This document shows positions 1 through 9,976 of a DNA stretch of 64,000 nt, piece by piece (the stretch's first letter is position 1; every line of letters begins with the position of its first letter). The DNA is taken from NCBI GenBank assembly GCA_965215005.1, contig CBDCCZ010000004.1, positions 1 through 64,000 of the forward strand. Direction: 5' to 3'. The notes beneath the pieces are model-generated. The model was not told the DNA's origin and ran no database searches. It was given only the letters and a program-made list of their open reading frames with translations. Origin of the DNA: Kofleriaceae bacterium. Lineage in GTDB: Bacteria > Myxococcota_A > Polyangia > Haliangiales > Haliangiaceae. The position numbers and the translations under genes were made by a program.

Positions 1-150
1 GCCGCGACGGTTGCGAAACAGATACAGGTCGCCACCTTCTGGCTCCCGCTCGAGCTGTTCGCGCACCAGAGTCGACAGTCCATCCATCTGCTTGCGCATG
101 TCACACGGCGACGCATACGCAAAGACACGCGCGGCACGGTTACTCAGCAT
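1..150 (-). CDS. tnpB: IS66 accessory protein TnpB, partial (runs off the window start)
   Basis: Same sequence as the 5' part of 2363-2701 (MLSNRAARVFAYASPCDMRKQMDGL). Confidence 0.85.
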   Translation of the reverse strand, partial: MLSNRAARVFAYASPCDMRKQMDGLSTLVREQLEREPEGGDLYLFRNRRG

Positions 151-529
151 GGTCGCCTCCCAAGACTGCCATCCAAGGCCGTAGCGACACCGCATTCCAG
201 TCGCCACGAAACACCATCGTTGCGCCAGTTCGCAGCGTGACCTCGACCTGCCGCCGATCCATCGTCTGCTCTGGCTCATCCACCACCAGGACCGGCACGA
301 AGCCGCCCGTTCCCGCCATCGATCTCGCACGCGGCTCCGAGCTAAGCCTCTTGCGCCAATACTGAATTCGGTGCGAAGCCACCCCGGTTCGGCGCGAGTA
401 GCCGGCGTCACTCTCGCCGCTAGCCGCCAACTCCTCCAACATCGCCGCTCCCTCCGCCGCGCTCCACCGCGCACGCCCGCCCGGCGGGGCAGCTGGTTGG
501 CCCTGATCTCGCTCTCGTTGATGCTTCAT
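140..529 (-). CDS. tnpA: IS66 accessory protein TnpA
   Basis: 129-aa HTH-like protein (RWS...SGES..Y.RR.GV...IQYWRKRL...FVPV) directly upstream of tnpB. Confidence 0.85.
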   Translation of the reverse strand: MKHQRERDQGQPAAPPGGRARWSAAEGAAMLEELAASGESDAGYSRRTGVASHRIQYWRKRLSSEPRARSMAGTGGFVPVLVVDEPEQTMDRRQVEVTLRTGATMVFRGDWNAVSLRPWMAVLGGDHAE

Positions 530-726
530 GCTCTCCTAATGACCATGAAGCCGCGCGTCGCAGTAGGTGCGGGCTGTCGGGCGGATACTTTGCGACTCCG
601 TCTGGCTCGCCGTAAGCGCCCGACAGCGCGCACCTGCCTAAGGCGGTGCGGCCGTGCGAAAAGGCGGGGGTGAAATGTAGTGAACCAGGAAGAGCCGCCG
701 AGGACGGGCTCGCCGGCGCTTTGGCG

Positions 727-2334
727 TCAGGAGAGAGTATCGCCGGCGGGCTGCTCTGGGCACTCGCGGGCGGCGAGCCAGGCGCGTGGCAGGAGCTCAG
801 GGGCGCGGCTCATCATCCAGCCGTTAGCGACTTTGTCGATGACATCGGCGAGGTAGTCGTAGGGGTTGACGCCGTCGATCTCGCACTGGAGAACGAGCGA
901 GAGGAGGATGGCAAAGCGCTGACCTGCCTCGACGCTGCCGACGAAGAGGCAGTTTTTGCGGAAGATGCCGACGGTGCGCAGCCGGCGCTCGACGTGGGCG
1001 TTGGAGATGGGCAGCGAGCCATCGGTAAGAAAGACCTCGAGTGTTGGCAGCTGGCGCTGAAAGTAGACGACGGCTTTGCCCAATGCACTCTTGCTGCCTG
1101 CTTGCGGCGCGAGTTTGGCAACGGCCTCTGTGAGCCGTTTCCAGGTCGGCACCGACGCGGCAGCGCGCAGCGTGCCCCGCCCCACGTCATCTAGCCCGCG
1201 CTCTTTAGCCTCGCGTTCGATGGCGTAGAGTGCTTTGTAGATGTCGACGATCGGCTGAGCGCGTCGATCGCCTTGCTCGAGCGCAGCCACGAATTTGCGG
1301 CGTGCATGGTCGTTGCAGCCGACGCGGATAGGTCCACCTTCGCGGGCGAATAGCGGATTGATGCCGCCATAGCCGTCGCCTTGGATGCTGCCGGAAAAAC
1401 TAGAAAGCACAGCGCGAGGGTGCTTTCCTTTCCAGTCTTCGCTGAATTCAGCGTAAGCGATACGACTGATGTCGCCAAGGTAAAGCCATTGACGGCCGCG
1501 CACCATCGTCTTGCCGCTTGGCGAGCCGCGGCTTTGTGCCTTGAGCGGTGTGTCGTCCAAACTGATGAGTCTAGACTTTAGAAGCTCTGTTCGCAGGAGC
1601 GGATGGAGAAACGCCAGCATGCGTGCCGTCTCGCCAAACCAGTCGTTGAGGGTCGACGTAGCTAGATTCGCACCATGGCGGCGGAGGCCGCGGGCAATAC
1701 GCTCGATCGGCAGACCATCGAGCACTTTGCCAACCACCAAATGGGCAAGCAAGCTGGCTGACGCCATGCTACCGGAGATGGGCTTTGCAGGCAGTTGAGG
1801 CGGCGCCGTTACGATGCCGTCGTCGCAGCGCCGACATGCGTACTTGAAGCGGTGCTCTTCCAGCTTATAGAGCTGCGCCGGCTGAAAGATGATGCGCCGC
1901 TGGATATCTGGCGGCAGCTCCGCTCGCGTCTTGCCGCACGAGCCGCAGTTACGCTCGTCGCCAGTGAGGCGTGCTTCGACCACCTCGACACGTAGCTCCT
2001 TGCCACGACGCACTCGCTTCTGTTTTGGCTTTGCCGGCGCGCTGCGTTCAACTTCCACTGGCTCCGGGGAAGTCACTTCGCGGTTGAAGGCGAGCACATT
2101 CAACAGATCCAGCGCTAACTGTCCAGCGGGCACCGCTTCAGCCTTCTTGCGATATGGTGCGCCGATCAACCATCGCACGCGCTCGCTGAGCTCGGACACC
2201 TCGTCTCCGAGCGAGCTCAGCAGAGCAATGATGCGATCCACCGTCGCGCGTTCCGCGTCGCTCACCTTGTCTCGAAGCGCATCGAGCGCCTCAAGTGCCT
2301 CGTGAACCTCTGTGCGCGCTGCCGTCACCTGCAC
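727..2334 (-). CDS. tnpC: IS66 DDE transposase TnpC
   Basis: 535 aa; Zn-finger CGSCG...YACRRC, DDT, DGYGG, CNDHARRKF, SNAHVERRLR...RKNCLFVGS, GVNPYDYL motifs. Confidence 0.95.
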   Translation of the reverse strand: MQVTAARTEVHEALEALDALRDKVSDAERATVDRIIALLSSLGDEVSELSERVRWLIGAPYRKKAEAVPAGQLALDLLNVLAFNREVTSPEPVEVERSAPAKPKQKRVRRGKELRVEVVEARLTGDERNCGSCGKTRAELPPDIQRRIIFQPAQLYKLEEHRFKYACRRCDDGIVTAPPQLPAKPISGSMASASLLAHLVVGKVLDGLPIERIARGLRRHGANLATSTLNDWFGETARMLAFLHPLLRTELLKSRLISLDDTPLKAQSRGSPSGKTMVRGRQWLYLGDISRIAYAEFSEDWKGKHPRAVLSSFSGSIQGDGYGGINPLFAREGGPIRVGCNDHARRKFVAALEQGDRRAQPIVDIYKALYAIEREAKERGLDDVGRGTLRAAASVPTWKRLTEAVAKLAPQAGSKSALGKAVVYFQRQLPTLEVFLTDGSLPISNAHVERRLRTVGIFRKNCLFVGSVEAGQRFAILLSLVLQCEIDGVNPYDYLADVIDKVANGWMMSRAPELLPRAWLAARECPEQPAGDTLS

Positions 2335-2362
2335 TCTTCGCTAGCAGGCGGCGGATCGAAGT

Positions 2363-2701
2363 TCAAGTGCTTTGCGACATCTCTTGCACCAACTCAGCGC
2401 GCGTAAGCAGTCGACTTAGCTCCGCTTGCGTTATCTCAGCAGCGCATTGATCATTTTTGATCGAAAGGCGCATCTGAAACGTGCCCTTCACCAGCCGCTT
2501 GCTCAGTAAGCAGTACCCGCCTTGATCAAAGAACAAGATCTTGATCATATCGCCGCGACGGTTGCGAAACAGATACAGGTCGCCACCTTCTGGCTCCCGC
2601 TCGAGCTGTTCGCGCACCAGCGTCGACAGCCCATCCATCTGCTTGCGCATGTCACACGGCGACGCATACGCAAAGACGCGCGCGGCACGGTTACTCAGCA
2701 T
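2363..2701 (-). CDS. tnpB: IS66 accessory protein TnpB
   Basis: DMRKQMDGL...LYLFRNRRGDMIKILFFDQGGYCLLSKRL motif; ATG at 2701 overlaps the tnpA 3' end. Confidence 0.92.
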   Translation of the reverse strand: MLSNRAARVFAYASPCDMRKQMDGLSTLVREQLEREPEGGDLYLFRNRRGDMIKILFFDQGGYCLLSKRLVKGTFQMRLSIKNDQCAAEITQAELSRLLTRAELVQEMSQST

Positions 2702-3080
2702 GGTCGCCTCCCAAGACTGCCATCCAAGGCCGTAGCGACACCGCATTCCAGTCGCCACGAAACACCATCGTTGCGCCAGTTCGCAGCGTGACCTCGACCT
2801 GCCGCCGATCCATCGTCTGCTCTGGCTCATCCACCACCAGGACCGGCACGAAGCCGCCCGTTCCCGCCATCGATCTTGCAAGCGGCTCCGCGCCAAGCCT
2901 CTTGCGCCAATACTGAATTCGGTGCGACGCGACCCCTGTTCGGCGCGAATAGCCGGCGTCACTTTCGCCGCTAGCCGCCAACTCCTCCAACATCGCCGCT
3001 CCCTCCGCCGCGCTCCACCGCGCACGACCGCCCAGCGGGGCAGCTGATTGGCCCTGATCTCGCTCTCGTTGATGCTTCAT
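2691..3080 (-). CDS. tnpA: IS66 accessory protein TnpA
   Basis: Isoform of 140-529 with a few amino-acid differences. Confidence 0.88.
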   Translation of the reverse strand: MKHQRERDQGQSAAPLGGRARWSAAEGAAMLEELAASGESDAGYSRRTGVASHRIQYWRKRLGAEPLARSMAGTGGFVPVLVVDEPEQTMDRRQVEVTLRTGATMVFRGDWNAVSLRPWMAVLGGDHAE

Positions 3081-3139
3081 GCCCTCCTACTGACCATGAA
3101 GCCGCGCATCGCAGTAGGTGCGGACTGTCGGGCGGATAC

Positions 3140-4250
3140 GTCGGGGTCAGAAAATGGCGAGATCCGGCTCTGGACTCTACCGAGCCACCCCTTGCAAGCA
3201 GCCCATCATAACGATCGCGTCTTCGAAGCAAGATTTTCACCCGACGATCAATATGTCGCGTCGCGCAGCATGGATGGGAGCGTCCTGCTACAGTCGCTGA
3301 CTGGCGCCGCATCCGCCTTCTTGAAAGGAAGGCACGGCGTCGCCTTCACTTTCGCATTCTCACCCAGCAGCCGATCGCTCCTCATTGGGTATGAGGATGG
3401 TACTATAGCCTCGTGGAGGCTCAACGGCGACCTGGAATGGACGAGGAAGGTGCATCAGGGCAAGGTCTGGAAGGTCGAGTTCTCGCCCGATGGGAGTTTC
3501 TTCGCTTCCGCGTCCGCGGATGGTTCCGTGAGGCTCTGGGACAGCGAAAGCCTCACTAGTCGCTTAGTCACTCAACATGCCGACGGAGCATGGCGTGTGT
3601 CGTTCTCTTCAGACGGTTCTCTGATGGCATCAGGCGGACAGGATGGCGCAGTCCGAATCTTTGAGGTGCCTAACCTCGCCCTGAAGCACCAGCTTCGGAG
3701 TCGTTCAGGGGGCATCTATCAGCTTCCCTTCTCCAACAACGGACGCATGATGGCGGCTATTTCGGGTGACAACACAATCGAACTCTGGGACCTGCTTCGC
3801 TGGCGACTCCTGCACAGGTGGCATCGCGAGAGTCATGTCCACTACGGTCTCTTTTCATCGGGGGATAAATACTTCGGATATCTTGCTGGTGACCGCGTGG
3901 AGGTTCGAGATACTCGAACTGGTCGGCTAGTCGCCACTGCGCGGCATCGAGATGCCGTGCGCTCTCTGAAGTTTAGCAGGGATGAGCGCTATATGGTTAC
4001 GGCGTCACAGGATGCTACTGTGCAGCTATGCTCCTTAGAGGACGGTGCTTGTTTGGTGCTGCGGGGCCATCGGGGCGCGGTTATTCATGTCGCCCTAAGC
4101 GGCAATGATGAGCTCCTAACCTCGGCCTCGACGGACGGATCGGTGTTCCTCTGGAACTTCGACACGGAGAAGAAGGCTCTTCGTAAGCTCGGTGCTTTTC
4201 ATGATTGGCTGACCGAGTTGTCAACTGTGCGACTGGGTGAGTCGGGATAA
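3140..4250 (+). pseudogene. WD40-repeat beta-propeller protein, 5'-truncated by IS66
   Basis: Many GH...FSPDG..ASAS.DG.VRLWD repeats; the ORF-track start (3048) lies inside the IS and WD40 sequence begins right after the IR. Confidence 0.85.
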
Positions 4251-4292
4251 AGCCGCGAATACGGCGATTTGGTTGAGTAAGGAGAACGTCTG

Positions 4293-4481
4293 ATGAACAA
4301 GAAGCAGCGCGGTGTACAAGCAAAGAGCAATAACGAGACCAATCGCTCCCTCCATGGTCGGAGATTGGTGCTTTCGCGAGAAACGGTCCACTTGTTGTCT
4401 CTGACAGCTCAGGAGCTAGGGGGAGTCTTCGGTGGAGGGTCCAGTGACGCAGCTCACGGTGCGCAATGCACAAGTGAATGA
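4293..4481 (+). CDS. Small double-glycine-leader RiPP-like precursor peptide (62 aa)
   Basis: AAGGAG RBS; leader RRLVLSRETVHLL...ELGGVFGG followed by the Ser/Thr/Cys core GSSDAAHGAQCTSE. Confidence 0.7.
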   Translation: MNKKQRGVQAKSNNETNRSLHGRRLVLSRETVHLLSLTAQELGGVFGGGSSDAAHGAQCTSE

Positions 4482-4624
4482 TCCTATCATATGTAGCGCT
4501 CTCAGCTTGACAGGTGTCGACCGGACTAGTCAGGATTAGAGACTTTGTCGGTTATGACCAGGGAGTGCAGATCCCGCGGGTTTGCACTCCCTAGCGGTTG
4601 CGCCATATGAGTAAGTAGGTCGAA

Positions 4625-6916
4625 ATGTTGGAATCTGGACGTTTGCATGTTCTGATGCCGGTGACCGTCTGCACGGTGGCATTGCTTGGCTGCGCTGCGA
4701 ATAGCTCTCCAAACGGGGCTACCTCTGCGAGCCATTCCCTGGTGGAACGGCCAAGCATCGATGATGCGAAGAAAGCTCCACCAGAAGTCTTCACCACGTT
4801 GGCCGCCTTCGGACGCGCATACGCCGCTGTCCGGTACTTCTACCCAGATTCTTCAATCGCTCAAGAGGAGTGGCGAGCCGTACTTGCAGAATCGGTGCGG
4901 ACGATTCTGCGGAAGAGAGGTGGGCGAACGCCGGCACGGTTGATCGCAAGCTTATTTAGGGGCGTTGCACCTCATGTGCGGGTGTTCGAAACGAGGAGTA
5001 GTACAGAGAGCTTCTGCGACACAGATAGTACCGGCGCTGAGCCGCTAACCTGGCGTCATACAGGCCTCGGGCCATCCGCGGGTGGTGGAGAGTTATTTGA
5101 GAGCCGATTAGCCTCGGCGAGGCAGCACGAGAATAGCGAGAGTGTGACTCTTTTTCAGCTTCACGAGTTCGACGTGGAGAAAAAGGCAGCGATTAAGGGA
5201 GGAGGCACTTTCGCCGCGGCGCCCGGCTCAGACGTGGTGGTTTTCCTAGAGGAGCTGCGGGAAGGTGAGTCGTTGGGTGAGGGAAGCCGCGTCGCACGCC
5301 CTCCGTCGCCGAATGGCGAAACGGCCGTCGAGATGGAACTGGGCGCGGGATCCCGCCGCGTCGCTCTGGGTATGACACTGAAGGGAAAGGGAATGGTTAG
5401 GCTCAAGCGCGCTTCGTTACGGTGGAACGAGCGCGAGCTAATTGAAAACAGGAGCTTTGAGCTCTCTCAAAGCGGCGACAAGCGTCCGTACTCTTGGGAT
5501 GTTCAGGCTACTACCGACGCGTTCTCAGTGAGGCAGGTCGCAGCGCCCAACTGCTCGGGTGCGCCTCATTGTCTAGAAGTCGAACGGTCGGGCTTCTGGG
5601 AAGACTATGTCTCTAGCAGGCCTACTGCACGGGTGAATGTAGCCGAGAATATCGAGGTCTGTTTTCCCCTGACATTGAAAGACGGTACCCCCGAGGTGAG
5701 CGCCAACTCCGGTCGTCGAGACGTTCGATGGGACTTTAGTGCGGAATGGGCGCGGTTATCCGTCGTGATTATTGCGTGGGCCGTGCTTGAGCAGTTCTAT
5801 CCGTATGCGAGTTTTGCTTCTCAGGATACACATGACGTGCTGGAGGCGGCGCTGAAGCGTGCCGCGACCGCGACCGACAAGTCGGAGACAGTCTCGGTTT
5901 TACGTTGGCTATTGGTTCAGTACGGAGACGGGCACGGGGAAATCTCGCATGAACAATTGGATATTAGTCACGAAATGCCGTTGCTCTGGGAGTGGTTAGA
6001 CGACCGCCTTGTCATCACCCAGGTAGAATCGAATGTCGCCGGTGTTGCAGTGGGGGACGTTGTTGAACGCGTGAATGGGCGGGATGTTCGGGCCTTTATA
6101 CGAGATGAGGAAAGATATGTTGCCGGCGCTACCCCGGCTTTCCGGCGGTATTGGACGCTGCGGAATTTGCGTCTTGGCCCAGAGGGCGACGCGATGGTGC
6201 TATCGCTTAAGTCACCAAAAGGGGTGAAAAAGCAGGCGCAGGTCAAGCGGTCTGTTCCACGCACGCCCGGTCGAGGCCGTCGCGAGGATCGTGGTCTAGG
6301 CGTGCGTGAGATGGAGCCGGGGATCTGGTACGTAGACCTGGACCGGGTGGGCGTTGAAGAGTGGGAACGGGCTCTGCCCGCACTTTCGCGGGCCACGGGT
6401 ATAGTATTCGACATGCGCGGGTACCCGCGCATGAGTGTTAAGACCGTTCCGGGACACTTGTCGGATGACGCGCTGTTGAGTCCCATCTTCGAAATACCTG
6501 TCCGTGTGGCGCCAAATGTTGGTGCTGGTACAGTAAGAGACCTTCAGTGGGTCTTTTGGCCGCGTAAGCCTCACATTTCCGCGAAGGCGGTCTTCCTCGT
6601 GGACGAGCGGGCAGTGAGCGCCGCTGAGACTCTTCTGACTGTAGTAAAATACTACAAACTTGGCAAGCTTGTCGGTGAACCTACGGGTGCGACGAACGGG
6701 AACGTGAACGACTTCGAACTGCCGGGTGGCTTGCGTATGCGATGGACTGGCGTAGCGGCTAGGAATCACGACGGGAGCCGCCACTACGGCATCGGAGTGC
6801 TGCCGGATATTCATGTCTCGAGATCCGTGGCAGATGTGCAGGCAGGCCGCGATTCAGTCCTTGCGAAGGGGCTCTCGGTCTTGAAGACGGATCTTAAGCA
6901 TCGAGAAGTGCCGTAG
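4625..6916 (+). CDS. S41-family (tail-specific) peptidase, lipoprotein with PDZ-like domain
   Basis: LLGC lipobox; DGHG, FDMRGYP, SAAE, VGEPTGATNGN, GIGVLPDI motifs. Confidence 0.88.
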   Translation: MLESGRLHVLMPVTVCTVALLGCAANSSPNGATSASHSLVERPSIDDAKKAPPEVFTTLAAFGRAYAAVRYFYPDSSIAQEEWRAVLAESVRTILRKRGGRTPARLIASLFRGVAPHVRVFETRSSTESFCDTDSTGAEPLTWRHTGLGPSAGGGELFESRLASARQHENSESVTLFQLHEFDVEKKAAIKGGGTFAAAPGSDVVVFLEELREGESLGEGSRVARPPSPNGETAVEMELGAGSRRVALGMTLKGKGMVRLKRASLRWNERELIENRSFELSQSGDKRPYSWDVQATTDAFSVRQVAAPNCSGAPHCLEVERSGFWEDYVSSRPTARVNVAENIEVCFPLTLKDGTPEVSANSGRRDVRWDFSAEWARLSVVIIAWAVLEQFYPYASFASQDTHDVLEAALKRAATATDKSETVSVLRWLLVQYGDGHGEISHEQLDISHEMPLLWEWLDDRLVITQVESNVAGVAVGDVVERVNGRDVRAFIRDEERYVAGATPAFRRYWTLRNLRLGPEGDAMVLSLKSPKGVKKQAQVKRSVPRTPGRGRREDRGLGVREMEPGIWYVDLDRVGVEEWERALPALSRATGIVFDMRGYPRMSVKTVPGHLSDDALLSPIFEIPVRVAPNVGAGTVRDLQWVFWPRKPHISAKAVFLVDERAVSAAETLLTVVKYYKLGKLVGEPTGATNGNVNDFELPGGLRMRWTGVAARNHDGSRHYGIGVLPDIHVSRSVADVQAGRDSVLAKGLSVLKTDLKHREVP

Positions 6917-7084
6917 GTTACTTCACGCCGCACAACCGCCCGTAAACAGTCTCCAGGTCTCGGCTTCCATCGTCGGCGCCGAACCCGTGCACGTTTCTGG
7001 ATTCCCGAGCCGAAACGCGGAACGTGTCAACACCGATGAGACAGCTGGCTGATGATTTCTATGTAGCGAGCGCCTGCTGAGGGG

Positions 7085-7227
7085 TGGAGTTGACCCGGTT
7101 CGGTGGACAGGTTTGGGTGCTTAACTTGCTCTCAGCTCGAACTCGATCGGGCTGACGTAGTCGAGGTACGAATGCCGACGCCTGGTGTTGTAGTAGGTCT
7201 CGATGTAGTCGGCAATGTCGATGCGCA
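7085..7227 (-). mobile_element. IS3-family remnant (transposase C-terminus + right IR)
   Basis: Minus strand encodes RIDIADYIETYYNTRRRHSYLDYVSPIEFE; TG-starting IR-like TGGAGTTGACCCGGTTCGGTGGACA at 7085. Confidence 0.8.
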
Positions 7228-7336
7228 GTCGCGCACGTACGCATGCAGGTCGAGTCCTTCACGCGGCGGTTTCCAGGACGGTCAGGATGATGGATGCGCG
7301 CTGCCCTCCGGTATCGGCGCCAGCGAAGAGCCAGTC
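7228..7336 (-). pseudogene. IS66 tnpC C-terminal fragment (frameshifted)
   Basis: Minus strand encodes DWLFAGADTGGQRASIILTVLETA then, in another frame, REGLDLHAYVRD, matching the TnpC C-terminal pattern. Confidence 0.7.
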
Positions 7337-7396
7337 TTGTGTAAGTGCATGAGAATGGGCTGACCGGCTACCGCACTCTCCGCGAGGGGGACGTGG

Positions 7397-9976
7397 TCAA
7401 GGGATATGTACGAGAATCATGTTGTTGTTTGAGCCGAGGTTGGCGGTGTTGCAAAACACTGGGAGGTCGAGGGCACTCCGTTGAATCTTCAGCGCATAGG
7501 CGGGATCCGTCGGATCCTCATATATAGGTAAGACACACGCTGTGGCTGGACCGGCGGAGCCGCGTTCGAAGATGACCTCCTCCTGCGAGCTCATCGTGAA
7601 CTGATAGGCTACATTGCTTTGGTTCGCGATCTCCCTTTCAATGTCAGCGCCAGTTTTAGGAGACACGGCGCCTGCGATTAGATAGACGAGAGAAGAGGGC
7701 GCGTCTGGGGATTCGATACGAACCTTCACTGAGACCCCGTCACGCTGAGGCGTTAAGATCACTTTCGAGATCCGTTCAGACGCTACTGTCGTAGACGTCC
7801 CAAAAACCGCTTGCGTGCCGGGTGTGTAACTGGAGATTGCGGCCACCGTGTACTTGCCGGGGGGAATGCTCTCAAACACGAAACCACCGTCGGCTGCGAG
7901 CGACGTCAGCATCCGGAAAGATGGATGAACCTGCGATGTGACTCCCACCGCTCGTGCACCACTACCACCCTTGCCGCCCGATGCTACACGTCCTTCAATA
8001 CGCCCGGATGCACCGATATGAAGTTCGATATGTTTCTCGTCATGTACACTCACCGGGACCGACTTTTGGCCGTGGTGTTCGGCTATCACGATGCTTTCTT
8101 GCTCAACACCACTCAGCTCAAAGCGCCCGGCACCGTTTGTGACTGCCGCGCGCCCTCCAAGCAGAGACCCACCGGACTGCACGTCGATAGTAGCTCCTGT
8201 TCCGACGATCCATCTGCTCGCGAATACGTGTGCGCCAGCTACTGGATCACCTAGGCGATCAAGAACGCGTCCGATTATCGTGAGGCCACGCGACATAGTG
8301 ATCGTACCGACGTCGGTAACTTTGCCGGCGACGACCCGAACCTCATCAACGGTCTTGGTCGTGGCAGTCGGAGAAGTGATCATCAACGTGTGGTTTGTAG
8401 CCGGTATGTCGTCTATCGAAAAAGCTGTTTCGCTGCGACTCCAGCTTCGCCCGGCTACGTGAAGTGCGTATGCGGTGCCGTCCTCGTCTCCATTCACAAT
8501 GACACGGCCGGCGATGCTTCCTGTGCCGAGAACCGTCAACACGAGAGCCTGCTCTCCGCTCATGACTTTAACTCCCGACAGCGCCCAAAATTCTTTAGAC
8601 TCTGAAGAGTATCCTTCGCCAGCTCTCACGACGAATTCACCAGACGCCAACCCCCGAAACTCAAAGTGTCCATGCGAATCAGATGTGGTTGTGACTGCGC
8701 CTGCATCCAGCGGAGAATTGATAGCCATCAAACCAACTAAAGCGCCAACGACCGGCTTTCCCTCCGAGGTGCGAACTTCGCCTTTGATGCTAAGGGTGTC
8801 GCTTAATACTATTGTTATTATTGACCCAGAAGTGTCGTCGCTAAGACTTGCTTTCTCTTCGCCAGAGTTTCCGTCTTTTGCTCTTGCCCGCAGCCGCACT
8901 TCTCCCGTCAGCCCCTTAATCTCGAAACGACCGTCCACGGAAGATTCGACGCGTTTGACGAGCGGCGGTGCGGTAATGGTGGCAGTAACAACTGCAGCGG
9001 TAGGTTCTCCAGACGCTTTGGTAACAAGTCCCTTCAGTCGGCGGCCGGGTCCGATGATAAGGTCAATCGAGGAAGTGTCGCTTCTCAAGTGGACGACTTT
9101 ACCCTCACTTACGAGCCGATCACCAGCCTGAGCGAAGAACTCGTAGTTACCTTCAGCAAGTCGCGTGTTCCAGCGCCCAGTGCTGTCGGTTCTCAAGGGG
9201 TTCGCAAGAGTCGGTCGTCCATCATCCCTGCGGTATGAGACATGAGCATCAGGAATCACGCTACCATTACTGTCCCGTACGGATCCTTGGACGACGTATC
9301 CCCGGTCCATCGGGAGCGTCGCAATCTCGCCGCCAATCTCCCGAGGGTCGAGCACCCAATAGCCATCTGCATATCCTTTCGCGCTGACTCGGAACTCAGT
9401 GAAGCCGGTGGGAAGATTGCCGAAATACGCAGATCCGGAGGCGTCTGAAGCCTGGGCCAATCCCAAGTTAGGAAGTTTGATCTCTGCGCCTGGGAGCGGA
9501 GCCAGGCTGCCTCTATCGATCACTCTCGCTTGGAATGTAAACGTTGGCCGAAGCACTAAGACGATCTCACCTGTCGTCGCAGCGCTGATCGCGAGCGTCG
9601 CCGATGCCATCTCTCCGTAGCGCGCGTAGATTGAGAACTCAGAATCACCGCGATCTAAAATTCTCCATTTTCCCTCGTCGTCTGATAGAAGAGGAACACC
9701 GCTGGACGTCGAGACCACGACTTCGGCCCCCTTCACAGGTCTACCATCAACGCTAACGACCCTGCCCTCTAAAACTAGATCGGACTTATTGCTAGGTAGC
9801 GCTGGTCGCATGAGGTGCGAAGCCTCGGGTCCGTCATGGATACTATGGGCGCCGAGCTTCTGACGTTCTCGCGCGTCCGTGTTCCCTCCGCAGAAGCGGA
9901 GTGTCACCACGACCACGAAGATCAGTAAGCCAGGTATGGTAGCAAGAAGACACGTTCTTCGACGCAGGCGTGGCAT
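7397..9976 (-). CDS. Membrane-anchored protein with repeated carboxypeptidase-regulatory-like beta-sandwich domains
   Basis: N-terminal TM; repeated (I/L)xGxVxDxxGxPVxGAxV...TDxxGxF units; AGGAG RBS. Confidence 0.8.
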   Translation of the reverse strand: MPRLRRRTCLLATIPGLLIFVVVVTLRFCGGNTDARERQKLGAHSIHDGPEASHLMRPALPSNKSDLVLEGRVVSVDGRPVKGAEVVVSTSSGVPLLSDDEGKWRILDRGDSEFSIYARYGEMASATLAISAATTGEIVLVLRPTFTFQARVIDRGSLAPLPGAEIKLPNLGLAQASDASGSAYFGNLPTGFTEFRVSAKGYADGYWVLDPREIGGEIATLPMDRGYVVQGSVRDSNGSVIPDAHVSYRRDDGRPTLANPLRTDSTGRWNTRLAEGNYEFFAQAGDRLVSEGKVVHLRSDTSSIDLIIGPGRRLKGLVTKASGEPTAAVVTATITAPPLVKRVESSVDGRFEIKGLTGEVRLRARAKDGNSGEEKASLSDDTSGSIITIVLSDTLSIKGEVRTSEGKPVVGALVGLMAINSPLDAGAVTTTSDSHGHFEFRGLASGEFVVRAGEGYSSESKEFWALSGVKVMSGEQALVLTVLGTGSIAGRVIVNGDEDGTAYALHVAGRSWSRSETAFSIDDIPATNHTLMITSPTATTKTVDEVRVVAGKVTDVGTITMSRGLTIIGRVLDRLGDPVAGAHVFASRWIVGTGATIDVQSGGSLLGGRAAVTNGAGRFELSGVEQESIVIAEHHGQKSVPVSVHDEKHIELHIGASGRIEGRVASGGKGGSGARAVGVTSQVHPSFRMLTSLAADGGFVFESIPPGKYTVAAISSYTPGTQAVFGTSTTVASERISKVILTPQRDGVSVKVRIESPDAPSSLVYLIAGAVSPKTGADIEREIANQSNVAYQFTMSSQEEVIFERGSAGPATACVLPIYEDPTDPAYALKIQRSALDLPVFCNTANLGSNNNMILVHIP

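Larger units (their letters stand above)
1..588 (-). mobile_element. IS66-family element, copy 1 (only its left end, tnpA and the 5' part of tnpB are in the window)
   Basis: Near-identical to 2552-3139 (offset 2551); left terminal IR reads GTATCCGCCCGACAGCCCGCACCTAC on the minus strand, ending at 588. Confidence 0.9.
612..3139 (-). mobile_element. Complete IS66-family element, copy 2 (2528 bp)
   Basis: Imperfect terminal IRs GTAAGCGCCCGACAGCGCGCACCTGC (from 612) and GTATCCGCCCGACAGTCCGCACCTAC (ending 3139, minus); tnpA-tnpB-tnpC order; no 8-bp target duplication visible. Confidence 0.93.

Noticed and set aside
3048..3139. Signal-peptide-like start of the WD40 ORF
   Set aside because: Lies within the IS66 left end, antisense to tnpA; not the native N-terminus
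7345..7400. Cold-shock-domain-like fragment VHENGLTGYRTLREGDVV
   Set aside because: Too short, lacks the RNP1 part and runs into the convergent gene; may be chance
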